From Bigelowiella natans CCMP2755 (lineage: Eukaryota > Protista > Cercozoa): DNA of 64,000 nucleotides. Where the stretch lies: contig ADNK01001857.1 of assembly GCA_000320545.1 (NCBI GenBank), positions 1 through 64,000 on the forward strand. The letters are read 5' to 3'. The position numbers were made by a program, and so were the translations under genes. Each line of letters begins with the position of its first letter. Within the stretch, counting starts at the first letter, position 1. The notes under the pieces were generated by a model, which saw only the letters and a list, made by a program, of their open reading frames with translations, was not told where the DNA came from and did not search any database. Of the stretch, positions 42,990 through 56,223 are shown piece after piece.

Positions 42990-44120
42990 ACCCCTCCACA
43001 TCCATCTGACCATTGACCACACATGCACAATGTGCGTGTGGTGCACTGAGCGAGATGGACGCACTGCATGATGGTTCATATTTTTTCGTTGCACGATGCC
43101 ATGCTGGCATGATTGCGATGCCTCTGACACATGGTGCTCGCGATGATCATGGCAATGGCAAGCAACAATCGCTACAAATAGACACAACTCGGATGGCGGC
43201 AACCATGTGATCGACACAATCGACATCTCTAGATCTAGACTAGCGCATGCAGCTGTCATTGTCTCAAATGTCGATCATGCATGAATTAGTCTGGTGGTCT
43301 GAAGGTGAGCAAAATTCAGAATGACAATCATCAGATCGCATGCGAACAAAATGCAGGTGACAGCATCGATCTTCAGATCTTTTGCTGACAACTAGACAAG
43401 CAGCAGTTTGCGCAAGCAAGCTAGCAAGGCATGGAAATGGACAGGCGGGCACATGTTGTCATTGTTTGCACTCATTTGACCCCTGTCTAGATCTCAGCAG
43501 CAGCGACTAGCAATGCTGGCAGATGCGAATGACCAAATGAGCATGTGTTCCGGCCTCACCTTCAGGACCTCACTAGCTAGCTAGTCGCGTGCTAAGTGCT
43601 AGAGTGCCCAGTTCAAGTTCTGGTGTTCTGGTCTGTCATGTGTGACGCTTGAAACTGACGTTGTTGCGTTGCATCGTCGCATCGTGAGAAATGAATCTTT
43701 CCAAGGTGCAGTCCACACACACTGCTACTGGCACAGGATGTGGATGCAACTGCCCAGTTTCCTTCTGATCCCAACGACCAGACGAGCAAGCTGGCAAGAT
43801 GCAAATCGTGGCGAATCAAAGGAACAAGTGAAATGAGTGCAAGTGGGAGCAAGTTTCAGAGCAGGATGGAGAAGTTCGAGGGTTCCTTTGAGGAACGAAC
43901 AAACGAATGAGTGACGAAAGGAGTGATTTCGTTGGAGGTTGGAACGATCGTGGGATCGTGGGACACGCAGTCTAGCAGTGTTCGTCCATGTCCTCCTGAT
44001 CAACTGCATCACCAAGAAGAAAGACAAATGTTCAAGGGTCAAGATTCGAGATTCGTGTTCATTCGACTTTCCAACAAGATGTGCTACTAGCACTGTTCAA
44101 GAACTTGTCGCACAATGAGT
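42990..44120. other. Most extreme TpA-depleted spacer, downstream of CK2beta
   Basis: Manual count for 43261-44100 (840 bp): 14 TA, of which 10 CTAG, 2 CTAC, 1 CTAA, 1 TTAG. None outside CTA/TAG context. Confidence 0.9.
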
Positions 44121-44580
44121 GAAGTCTACGTCAAAAAAAGAAGCAGCAAATTCCTAAAGAAAATAAAGATGTTATCCCAGTTTCCTAAGAGGAGAACGTA
44201 AGAATCATGCTAAGAGGTATAACTATTGATCTAGAACAAAATATTTAGATATTTATTCGATATGTGTATTACATGCACATCATTACCTGCCAAGAAGAAA
44301 AAGAAGAAACCGGCTTTGATTCAATCGCGACACGCAAACAGAACGTCGCTCCATGCAAACCTGCAGAGATGTGATCTCCGATCGTTTGAGTGACGACGAC
44401 GAGTTTCTTGCGCTACTTTCTGGTGAAAATCCCGTGCATTTATTGAACAGTTTCAACACCCCGGCGATATTGGAAGAAGACCAGTAGCAAAGTGTTCCGA
44501 TACACCGATATTATTTAGATCCAAAGAGACAAGACGAAGTCCATAGAAGAGAGTTTGGATTGCTAAAGAGTTGTCTCATG
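44120..44580 (-). other. Possible spliced minus-strand transcript (lncRNA or decayed gene)
   Basis: Canonical-looking intron on the minus strand, CAG|GTAATG...TTCTCCTCTTAG|G at 44286-44185. No recognisable protein. Confidence 0.3.
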
Positions 44581-44746
44581 GTACTAAATTTGAGGTATTT
44601 GGTAGTTGTAAGAGAGAGAACGTTTGACCTTGAAGAGAAAACAGCACACCTCTTCTGAGCACATTCCTACCAGAGTTGCTTACCCCCTCTGGATCCGCAT
44701 TAAAACTACTTCCTTTTGAACGACACACCGCCAACTACAACCAACG

Positions 44747-46042
44747 ATGCCTGGAGCGAGTGGACGCAAAAAGCGTGAAGATTTGATGGGACCTGAAGAG
44801 GATGAGGGGATGGATGATGGCTTCGACGGTCCTTCCATTTTTGCAATCGTAGAAGACGGAATGATTCTAAAATTTATCTGTATTAGCCCCATTGACCATG
44901 AAGGAACAAATTGAACACAAAAGACAGGACATCCAAGATGATCTTGACGATACAAAAGATATGATTAACGAAGCGCAGGTATTTAAATTGCGTTATGCAT
45001 GCAATTTTGGATTTTGAGCTTGCATCTGTGGAACAGTCGGTGGGAGCGGCTACCAATAAGAAACTCGCAATGCAAAATGAGCAGCTTCGAAAAGCAAATG
45101 ATGATCTGGATGAAATCGACGGTAACAAATCTTGCTCTTCAGCAAAAACTACTTAGCCTTACAACACTGTTTCTAATCAGAGAATATGGATCAAGCCGAT
45201 CATTCGCTGTCCAGAATGGAAATGTGCTGTCTATTTGCACTATGCTGCTGCTGTTGCCACCCGTAAGTGACTTTTATCCAATATTTTACCCATAGATATC
45301 AACTGTATCTCTGATTTTGAATTTTCAGTGCTGGTCCTACCAAGAAGCAAAGGAAGGACGATCTCCCTGCGAGGGTATCATTATTATTGTTATTATTATT
45401 ATCATTATTTCCAACTGTGCATCTTCCCTCCTCTACTACTCGTGACACTCTTCCCCCTATCTCTTGCACTACTCGCATTTCGGTGCATACAAATAATTGA
45501 GAATTGAGGATTAATTTATGTGCTTTCATTTGTAATTAAAGCATGGACAAGTCGTGAAAACTAGGCAGCCGGGGAACAGACTTGATGAGAATGTATTATT
45601 AAAGCATTTATCTGGATGATGGGCACAAACTAATAACTTTGCAATTTTACAGGAGGAAGGACTTGATGACGAAGAACGTCATGAACGGAGAGTAGCGAAT
45701 AAACTCGATGATATCTCTGAAGGGCTCGATGTACTTAACGATCTTGCGAAGGTAAACACGTACAAAATGATCTAGAAAATTGCTCAGGTAGATAATTTTC
45801 AATTTCCAGGAACAAAACGAGCAGCTCAAAGAAACTAAGGAAATCAACGAAAAGCTCAGCGAGAAGATTGATGCCCAAAGGTATAATTCTAAAATAGGTC
45901 AGCGATATGTAGTATCCTGCAGTGAGTTCATTTTAAAAAAATCTTCCGAAATTTCCATGTAAGTGCTTCGATGTAATAAAATTCAATTTTTAGGGGAAGG
46001 ATCAAAGCCTCTGATAAACGTGGTAAACAGCTCCTCCGTTAA
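44747..46042 (+). CDS. SNAP-25 family (Qb,c) SNARE
   Basis: Two SNARE helices (DDLDDTKDMINEAQ|SVGAATNKKLAMQNEQLRKANDDLDEID|ENMDQADHSLSRM and LDDISEGLDVLNDLAK|EQNEQLKETKEINEKLSEKID..RIKASDKRGKQLLR*) linked by a Cys cluster CCLFALCCCCC. No TM anchor. Confidence 0.9.
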
Positions 46043-46933
46043 GAAATAGCAGTTCGAAGTTGCGAAATGATACCGGACAATACTTGGGATGAGACTAAGA
46101 AAGTTTGAAGCAACTAATTCATCCGGTTCTTATTTACAACATAAGACATGTTACGTCCTTCCGCGTAAGCGTTGGGTTGCGACAATGTTCACCTTGACGG
46201 TATTATCATGTAACTATAGCCCAGGCAGATGTTTTGCATAGCACTGTCCATCACGTGAATACGATACGTGCATCACTTTGACGTTCTTGCAATGTGATGC
46301 TTTGCATGCGTGTGTGTTTGTGTGTCTCGCGTCTAGTTATCGGTTTGTGCGCACTACACATATCGATAGCTAGCTACGAATACGCGCATAGAGCTAAAGA
46401 CGCTTGTCTCTATGCGTAGCAGCCAACAGCGCTATAATACAAGCGTTTGCTGTAGCCGTTACAGTATTGCAGTTAACGCAGCTACTTTTATTAGGATGAT
46501 ATGTGCAATTGAAAGAATTGAAACTTCGATCATCAGCACGCTCCTAGCTATATAGTATCTGTACGTACGTACGTCTAGAGCTAATCACGATCTCTAAAAC
46601 TTCGTGTATAATATGTTGTGCCTTATGGATCGAACTAGTTGCATGATGCGTCGTATTGCTACGAATCATCACAGCAGTGATGACTCATGCAGGTATAATA
46701 TGGATCATTCGATCATAGAACTAGCGTAGCTATTATCGTGTACACTGCGGCTTTGGTCACCTTAATAGTGTTTACTCTATATTTCTTTCTTGTCCCACCT
46801 AATTTTGCATTGCATCATATCGTCACATTTTTTATGATGGGCTCTTACCGCGTCATGGCAATGGATTGAAAAACATAGAATAAGGAGCAGAAGCCACAAA
46901 CATAATGTTGTACTTGTACTACTACTACTACTA

Positions 46934-47251
46934 CTACCATGGGCTCGTCAGAGAGTAGGCTCCTATTGCTCCGATGCCACTGCCAAAACTAGTCAAGAGA
47001 ATCAAAGTCTCGTAACTCAAGAAACCTGCGCTCAAACCTAAAGCATAAAAGAGTTATATCAGCATCTTTTGAGATAGTATTGTGGAGAAAATAAAAAGTA
47101 GTAACAACTCGTTTCGCCACACTTCGACAATACAAAATATAATAATAATCATCATCATTATCATCATCATTCCCACCATACCCAGAGGGAGTCTATATAA
47201 GTATCTAGGAAATGAGCAATAACCTCTTATTGTTGAGATGCTTCATGGACC

Positions 47252-47297
<46 letters not shown>

Positions 47298-47912
47298 TCT
47301 CTCAAATTGTACATTACCAATACATTACAAGACGAATATTGTTATTTTTACCGAGTTTCAGAAGAATTCCTGCAGCTGCGAATCCACTGAAAACGACACC
47401 ATAGTTCTGACCAACATACTTTGTCCCGAAGATCTCTGCGGTTGCAGTGGGATAGAGGGGGAAGTTCGCACCTGCAGAGGGAGTAGTTGTAGTAGAAGAA
47501 ATAGATCAAATAATAGGAACATAAATTGATTGAGAAAGTTAGAAGAAAACGAATTAATCCAATGAATGGCAAGTAACTTCATGCAACCTAAATAAGCTGA
47601 GCATACTTGCTGTTACCATCATCGTTGTATTATTACCATAATTTGCAATAGTTCCGCACACTACTAAGCAGTAGAGAATTGGGGATATTGTACTTGGGAC
47701 GAAGAACAAGACCATAAGTGCCTAATGAACGGTGATGAATTACAATAATAAGAGTGTGCAGCAAGAGTATAAGCACGATATTGCATCATAAAACTGAAAC
47801 TGTATGATCAAGACACACATGCAGCACAAGGTTTTATAGCGCTTTTCTTTGTAAATTATATATGTTGAACTTGATTCGTTTATATAAATGTATAGCCTTC
47901 ACTACCAACACA

Positions 47913-47966
<54 letters not shown>

Positions 47967-48565
47967 GGGGGAAGGGGGGTATGAGAGAGGATGTGAGAGA
48001 GAACATCAAATGATGATATAGTGACCTGCAGTGAAAAGCAAGCCACCATACTCATTTTAAATCCAATAGTGTCAGCTAAAGCTCCATAGAACAATCGTCC
48101 TGCTCCGTTAACAACTAGGGTAATACTGCCGATTATGGTCAAAGTGCGGTCAGTGAATCCGTGCTGATTTCCATATGTCTTGTAAGTTCCAATCACCAAA
48201 ATGCCAGCCTAAGAACATACAACATTTATCAATACAATGTATAATAATCAAACTCCTGTATTATACAATGTGTAAGTTACAGATGAAGATTTTGAATTTC
48301 CTTGGGCTACTACAACTACAACAACACCATTGCTGCTATTGCTTAGTATTAATTTTAGATACTAATATTCCCAGATACAGTGTGGTAGTGTACCATTGTC
48401 GTGGCAGTCATCATAGCCCATAAAAGATATCCTCTTCCATCACAGAGAAAACCAGCAAGATCAACATCTTTGGACAGAGAAGGGTGCGGTTTCTGACGAC
48501 GGCAACAAGTACGATGTAAATATCATCAATCATCTTTTGTAAAGGTGTGCGCCCATCATCATCAC

Positions 48566-48598
<33 letters not shown>

Positions 48599-48633
48599 TT
48601 TTGCTTTCGCTGCGTCGTATGATACCACCACCG

Positions 48634-48667
<34 letters not shown>

Positions 48668-50073
48668 CGGCTTGATAGGTGTCCTCTCTTCCAAATCTTG
48701 AGATTTTGACTCCGAGGCGTGAAGCTATATAACAAGGAGGAATAGCGACGACGACAAGGGATATGCAGGAAGCAATTGAGATCAAAGGAGGTGCGGGGCA
48801 CACACAAGTTGTTCTTACTAACAACAACAGCATGGTGTCATCTTTCGAGCAAACGCCCATTTTAGCTAATGATATTGAATTACAAGTTGCAGCTCCTCCT
48901 CTGTAGGATCTCTAAGAAGAAGAGCACTGAGGGTAATCATCACGAAATATGCTGCTCCCAATACCTACATTATTGACGTATCACTGTTGTGAGAAAATGG
49001 GGGAGAAGAGACAGACAACATGGGATTCATGCTGCTGTTTCAGAAGCACTAGTAGGTAGCTTACCATGAACATTAATGGAACTCGATCAGCAACATCTTC
49101 GTCAAAAAATGGATCAGGTTGCTTGTTTTCAGGGTTACAAATGTATGCTCCAAGCACATTGAAGAATGCCCCCCCCAATCCAAATCCTGCTACGACAATT
49201 CCCGAGATTACACCTGTTTGAACATACAACAATGTTCATGGTTGAACTGTCGTGTGTAGTAGTAGTAACTAACTAACTACTCTGTGTTTTCATCACCTTT
49301 TCGGTCAGGAAGCCATTTCATCCCACAGGTGATAGGATTCATGTATACAATTCCCATACCAACACCAAATGTGAAGGCGTATGTAATCAACTGTATATCA
49401 ATATGAATATAATATGAATGGATGATATGAGTGGATTATTTTAATGAATGATTACCAATTGTCTTATGGTCGTCGCATAGGCTGAAAATGCTACACCCGC
49501 AGCAAAAATCACGCCTCCGATTAGTGCCGTGATTCGAGGGCCAATCTTCTTTTCGATCATCCCACTTACAGGCATTGCCATTGCTTGCGCAGCCTATTGA
49601 TTATTTTGTCAATCGAACGATTTTTCATTGAACTTATAACTTAGAAAAAGAAGTCCTTTGTACCGGGGTGAGCATAAATACTATAATGGTGTCGCTATAC
49701 TGCAGAGTCGGGTCGAACTTGCGGAGGTAAGACGTGATATACGGCGTGAGTGCACCCCAGCAATACTGAATAATATCATGATGGAGTTGAGGAAATTGTA
49801 GAGGTAGTACTCAATATTTGAACACTTGATAACTTACTTATAAAAAAATGTTTAATTAATTAATTCATACCAGAGTCCCCAGGCAGAGGTGCATAAAAAA
49901 CCTATCGTCGATCACCACAGGGGGGTATTATGATTCGAAGCCGTATGATATGATGATTATTGTAATGACAATGGCGATGACGATTATAAGTTATGTAATG
50001 ATAATGAACTTCTAAGACAAAAGCTAAGTTACCCCGAGAGAGCCACCACCCATCCGTAATTAAATACTGCCAT
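46934..50073 (-). CDS. MFS transporter, oxalate/formate antiporter (OFA)/monocarboxylate-like
   Basis: FFMHLCLGTL|YCWGALTPYITSYLR; SGMIEKKIGPR; FGVGMGIVYMNPITCGMKWLPDRK|GVISGIVVAGFGLGG; NGAGRLFYGALADTIGFK. Confidence 0.9.
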
Positions 50074-50535
50074 AGTAGTTCGTTAGCCGAGTAGACCTTC
50101 CTAACACACGATCGAGAAAGACTGCTCAGTGGTAATCACTACTTTTCTTTACCAAAGCAACCAAATTGTGAGAACAAGGGTGGCGACGGTAAAAATAAAA
50201 ATTTTCAGGAAAAATGAGAAAAGGCGGGGGGGGGGGGGGGGGTCCTACCTCTCTACGCAGAGTTTATTCTCAGTATGTGTATTTTCCCGTCAGGAGGGTA
50301 TTATGATGGTGGGTCTGTCTGCAGGCCGTTGCTCGGCAATCAACGATTAAATTGGAGAAATAAGATAAAAATACATGCCATTTTTAAAATGCTAATGTTA
50401 AGACTAGTATTTATCCCCAAATCACCCCAATCCGAAGGAAAGCAATGCAAAGGTGAGTGTGGTCGAGAGCAGAAGGCAAAAATCGTAGTTAACGGCCTAA
50501 AATAAATTGCATTGTTTTTGGATGTGGAAGTCGTA

Positions 50536-51630
50536 ATGTCTGAACCGACTCCAAAAAAAAAAAAAAGAAGAAGCGGTTGCAGCAAAAAAAATAGTCAGGT
50601 GGGGTACTGGGAAACTACTAGTAGACAACTATTTTCTACGACTGTGCACAACAACAAACAGAACACATAGATCAGCATAGAAGATGGATGGTCGAAGAAC
50701 ATCTGAGGAAGAAGTTCCTGGATCTACTACTACTACGTACTCGAACGACGAACTTTAAGACAAGAGAATTAGCAGTAGATCTAATATCTTGCATGATCTA
50801 GTGTGAGCGACAATGGGTTAAGTATTGTCGCACGTATCATCACTCTGGTCAATCTACGGTTGGTTTCACTGCGTTATTTGTTATAGTTATACGACGACGA
50901 CTTCTCCTGTTATATATTACTATCTGCTTACTGCTACGAGCACGACAACCACCACCAGATTATTCTTTTGATATTAGATCATTACGAGATCCAGGATCAT
51001 CGCTGCAGCATTGCACAATGCAACACCTATCTTCTATAGAGATAAAGCAGAAAGCAGAACAACCCCTGTCTGCGATGGAGATCAAGCAGAAAGCAGAACA
51101 TAAGGGAGTCGTTGATATCGTGAAGGTATTGATTGCCCGTTTACAGATCCTCCCAGCACGCAGTCCATCTAACATATGTTTTGAAACAGAAAATCAAGGG
51201 AAAATTTCCCGGAGTACTTCCAGTCGAGGAGGCGCTGAAAGTCACCCAACAGTTATTTCAAAAGCACGGATTCACACCAAAGGTTGTGGAGTGGACAAAT
51301 ATGTTAAAAATGATCTTTATTATTAAAGCCTTTATCACTCTTTTGCAAATTGTCAGTCTTGTCTTCTGGCTGCTTCCACGTGTTCCGACGAAATAAATCG
51401 AGTTGTGGATCGATTTTCAGACGTATGGGTATATTATCATCCATACCGAATTCTCTAATGGTTTTATCTTCAATGAAAAGAAGTATGCTCAATGCCTGCT
51501 TTTCGCATTTTGCACGTGCCACGCTGAACAAATTTAGGGAGAGTGTTTCAATCTCGGAGGCCTCGCAGGGCTACCGTTCACAGGAAAATCAGGATTTAAT
51601 GCACTAAGCCATCACATTCCGGTCAAATAA

Positions 51631-51665
<35 letters not shown>

Positions 51666-52675
51666 TTGAGTGTCATTTACGGATATAACTAGGATAATGG
51701 GCAGCTTCTAATTTTATTTGCCCCTCACATTGGAGTAACCAAGACGGTCAGTGATGACTGAATCGAAATTACTGCTGACTGAACACCGTCGTTGATTTAC
51801 AAGAAGCTTATCCCTATTATTTCAAAAAGGGAGAAGTTGGAATGATAATGCGTCGAGGCATGAAAGAAAGCACAACAGCTTGCGGGTATCGAAAGATTTT
51901 CATCGTCACCATTTTTTTTATGTTAAAAGAACAAACTAAGTTATGATTACAATGCAGTTCGTGTATGGCTGCCTATGAAGCTGCAATTTCAAGATCAGTA
52001 ATAACAAAGGATGATCCTGGTAAGAGGGAGATACAAAATAGAATTGAACAGAATGTACATCATATACTAATACTATCTTTCGCTTAGATGAGCTAATCGG
52101 CGACAGGCAGCAAACTATTATAAACAAAATAGTCAAATCCTTCTTGCCCAGAATCGAGAAGGTTAATAGGGTTACACTGTGTGAATGAAGAGAACATGTC
52201 ATGTATGTGATGTTTTATGATTTAAATGTAGGAGAGGGAGGACGCTCTGGTGTGTGTTGCAAATATGATGTACGAGACAATTAAAAAAGAAATCTTAAAG
52301 ATTATTCCAAACGACTTCAAGGTAAATGTTCTTTCTCAAGATCATTGAAGATACTCATCATCATTTTTTACTGCCGTTATTGTTGTTTTCAGTATTCGGT
52401 CGGTCTCATCGGAGGAATTCATGTAAACACGGATCATGGAGATAATGAAAATACTACATCAGATTTTTTCGTAATTAAAGACCTCATGCTTCGAAAAGGA
52501 TCATCGGTAAGTGTGAAGTAATATCAATCAAAATGAAAGATTATGATGATGATGAGGATATGCATGTAAGTTTTAATCCTTGTTAAAACCTCAGAAGTCC
52601 CCGAGGTTTCGAGAACTGGGAACATATATAGAGACACATATAAAGGATACTTACGACGCCAGTGATCGAAACTAA
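50536..52675 (+). CDS. LCIB/LCIC-family (theta-class) carbonic anhydrase; start may be 50536, 50684 or 51018
   Basis: FPGVLP..HGFTPK|SCLLAASTCSDEINR..W|GECFNLGGLAGLPFTGKSGFNALSHHIP|DNGQLLILFAPHIGV..|G.VG...RRGM..STTACG|S..; DRQQ; LIGGIHVNT. The Zn-ligand Cys/His/Cys pattern is intact. Confidence 0.92.
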
Positions 52676-53861
52676 ATCGTCGTCGTCATGAAAAGGGGAT
52701 CGTCGTGCATTTCACGATGAAAAGAAATGTAGTTCTTTCAATTACATTTTAGCCTTTTCTATCTACTTTATGGGCACAATTAATGCAAATCTTGTGATAA
52801 CAATTTTAATAATTGAATTAGTAGATATTCTAAACTAAATCAATTCAGAATATAATTATTTGAGGCTAGATATTGGATGTAAACTCACTATGAGAATGGT
52901 GAAAAATGTAATTCATACTTATTTATTCTTTAACGTAAATTTTAATTCATGTAAATATAAACTCTAAAAATCGCACGATATGTCAAATTGTGTCGGTGGT
53001 CTCTCGTATCCCATTCTTTACTTTGGAAACTTTTTCTCTCACAAATACGATTTCTAACTGCAATGCTGCTGCATTTTTCTATAAGGTGATTATACTTAGC
53101 AGGCTAGTCTTTCAATTCATCTCGCCATTGTCTTTGTTGGTTAATATTGTTGCTGAGCGACGTGTTAATCCAACACTAATTAATGCTACCTCACTGCCAC
53201 GAAGTTCGACTACTTCGATTTAGCTATTCCATGTGTCGCATTAAACGTAATTAATCGGAGTAACACAGCGTCTGGCAAGCAACACGCCACCATTCGATAA
53301 AACTGCTCATGTGCGCAAATATCGATGCTTTTATGTGCCATGCATTATGCCTAGCTATTAGTTCGTTCTGCAAGAACATACGTGGCTTACAAGGCTGCAC
53401 GTATGTATGTAGCCATCTTAACACTACACATTCTCGCATGCCTGGGGAACATGGGAACATATAATGATCTCACGTTTGAGGCACGCATCCCGTACGACAT
53501 TCTCATGAAGTTTTTAGCATTATCACTATCTACCTCACATCTTTCCACACCTACAACAAAGCCGATAGTAGCCAGATATGCTTTCCTTTACTTGAAGTAA
53601 AGCGCGAAACATGGTAACTGTGCAAGGTCTGATACGCTTTTATTCGGCCTACTTCAAGCAATGCTAGTAATAAGCTAGTATTCTATACTAACCAATTAGC
53701 ATGGTCATTGAAAACAAATCGATAGACTAATAATGAATATTGCGTGAGATACACGGAGTAATATACACATTGTACGGCATCAATTCTACAAAGGGCTATA
53801 ATGACTTGGTTGAGCAGCCGTTCAGAGCTCACTCACTCTTCTCCCTTAGCTACAGTCAGAA

Positions 53862-54457
53862 TTATGATTTTGGCGACGCTGGTGAAACGGTAGCAGCATG
53901 TTTCCTCACGAATCTATCCAGTGGAGGTTGAAGGAACTCTAGAAGAAGTCTAACAATGATTGCAATTTCATTGCATGAGGTGTTCAGAATCTTCGTATTA
54001 CATCACAAACAGATCACTGATTCTTTAACTAAGATCCATTTCAAGCACAGGCCAAGAGGAGGAGTATTTAAGTAATGATCTTGATGTCACGTTTATTCCC
54101 CAAGAAAACAAGCAGAAAAGCTGTGTTGCTACTTCTACTAGTAGTACCTCCACGTCTGCATATCATTAGCCTCAGGAGCTTCTGAGTATCCCCCAAGTTT
54201 CAAATTTGACCACCTTCGGCAAAGATTCTATGCTCAATTGAAGGTCATCAATCAAAACAACGAACGCTGAGATAAAGTCGTCTACTTCTAATATGGTGCT
54301 TTCACTTCGCTCTCGTATATTTTAGGGTAGTACTACTACCTTTTGTTTCGCTGTTGTGAAGTAATATTCTTCCATTCATCTTGATGAAGAATAACATTGT
54401 CCACAAACTCTACCTGCACCACACATAGAGAACTATAAATGTCTAATGTTATGGATG

Positions 54458-54534
<77 letters not shown>

Positions 54535-54763
54535 TGCTGCACAATCATACTTCAGGTCCTTCCATGTAATGAAATGTAATGGAGTTTGCAGAACAGCAAT
54601 CACGACCCTGGTGATTTCAACAACAAAACACACACACACACACACACGCACAGTCGATGTCTGTGTATCTGTATATCTCGCCCTCATACATACACATATA
54701 CATAAAGTTAGTATGAGTGCGTCATCATCCTCATTTAGCACCTATACATACTATATATACTAC

Positions 54764-54807
<44 letters not shown>

Positions 54808-55450
54808 CATATATTGATATGCATGTATATCGTAGAAATACTACTAGCAACGCACTAATACTAACCTTATGTATAGGTTCATTGATGAGGGCGGAATATT
54901 CAGATACCCAACCATCGACTGTGCCTTTCACTGTGCGTGTGGGATTGTAGATATGGAATCTTTGTCTTTGAAAAAGAAGGAGAAGAAGAAGAGGAAGATG
55001 AGGAGAGAAGAGGAAGAACAACCACAAGAAGAAGAAAACGAAGGAAGAGGAGGAGGAGGAGGAGAAAAAGAGCAGAAGCAGCAACAAGATAGAGAAAAGA
55101 TATTATCATCCATAAAGCGCCCAGCATTTGCAGTCTTCATTATCATATCAACAATCATCATCATCAAGAGTAGTCTACTCGCTGCTCACGAAATCCATGA
55201 TTACCTTCCAAGGTTATCGGTAGATTTGTTAGCCTCCATTCCTTCACACCAACAATGATGAGGATGATGATGATGATGGCGACGATATAGTACAAGAGGA
55301 CAAGGAGAAGAAGAAGAAGAATACGGTGATAAATTGAAATTAAAAACAACGACAGTGAAAATGTAGTAAAAGTTACAGAACCTGCTGAAAGGAAGCATGT
55401 TGTTACTCCAACGTCTCTAGCATTCATAAGCCATTCATTGTCCTATGTAT

Positions 55451-55519
<69 letters not shown>

Positions 55520-55921
55520 CGTGTGTGTGATTTTTCAGGAAAATAAGATCTGCATCATCATCATCATCATTATTCATCATTATATTTCGAGAAATAATGT
55601 CAAGAACAATCCTGATTATCAAAATGAGCAGGCAAAAGATCGCAGCAACCTTATTTGCTTTAAGGCAGTTGTCCCAATTCTTCAAATATCTTCATGATCA
55701 CAGCATTTCAATAATACACTCTATTACCACCATACTTATCCTCGCATTAATAAGGTGTTTGGACAATGAAGCTGGTGGTCTAGATAGTGATGCTGATGAT
55801 GCTGATGCTGATGATTGACCTTTCGCATGCTCCACCGCTCATAACCCACCCTGCCCCCCTACATCGATCATACAACAATTGATGTTTGTGAGTGGTATCG
55901 ATGTGTAATAATAAATCCGTC

Positions 55922-55955
<34 letters not shown>

Positions 55956-56186
55956 ATCTTGTACTGTGTACGTACAGTACAGTACATCATTGATTCAAAT
56001 ACGCTGCGAGGTGCTTTGTATAGAATTGTTGGTTGCACGCATGTTCGCACACTACAGCCTTTAGATAGTGTGAATGATGATTGTATGGCACGAACCCACT
56101 CATGAACATCTCTGTGTCGCTAATACGCAACCGACGGCCCTATAGAAAGAAAGTAACGTATCAATCAATCAACCAATCTACACCGG

Positions 56187-56223
<37 letters not shown>

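Noticed and set aside
43000-44100. CpG-methylation decay or fungal RIP as the cause of TG/CA enrichment
   Set aside because: CpG is still common and TpA is lost rather than gained.
43610-44100. snRNA, snoRNA, RNase P or a named transposon
   Set aside because: No recognisable conserved boxes, terminal repeats or protein motifs; kept only as an unexplained relic.
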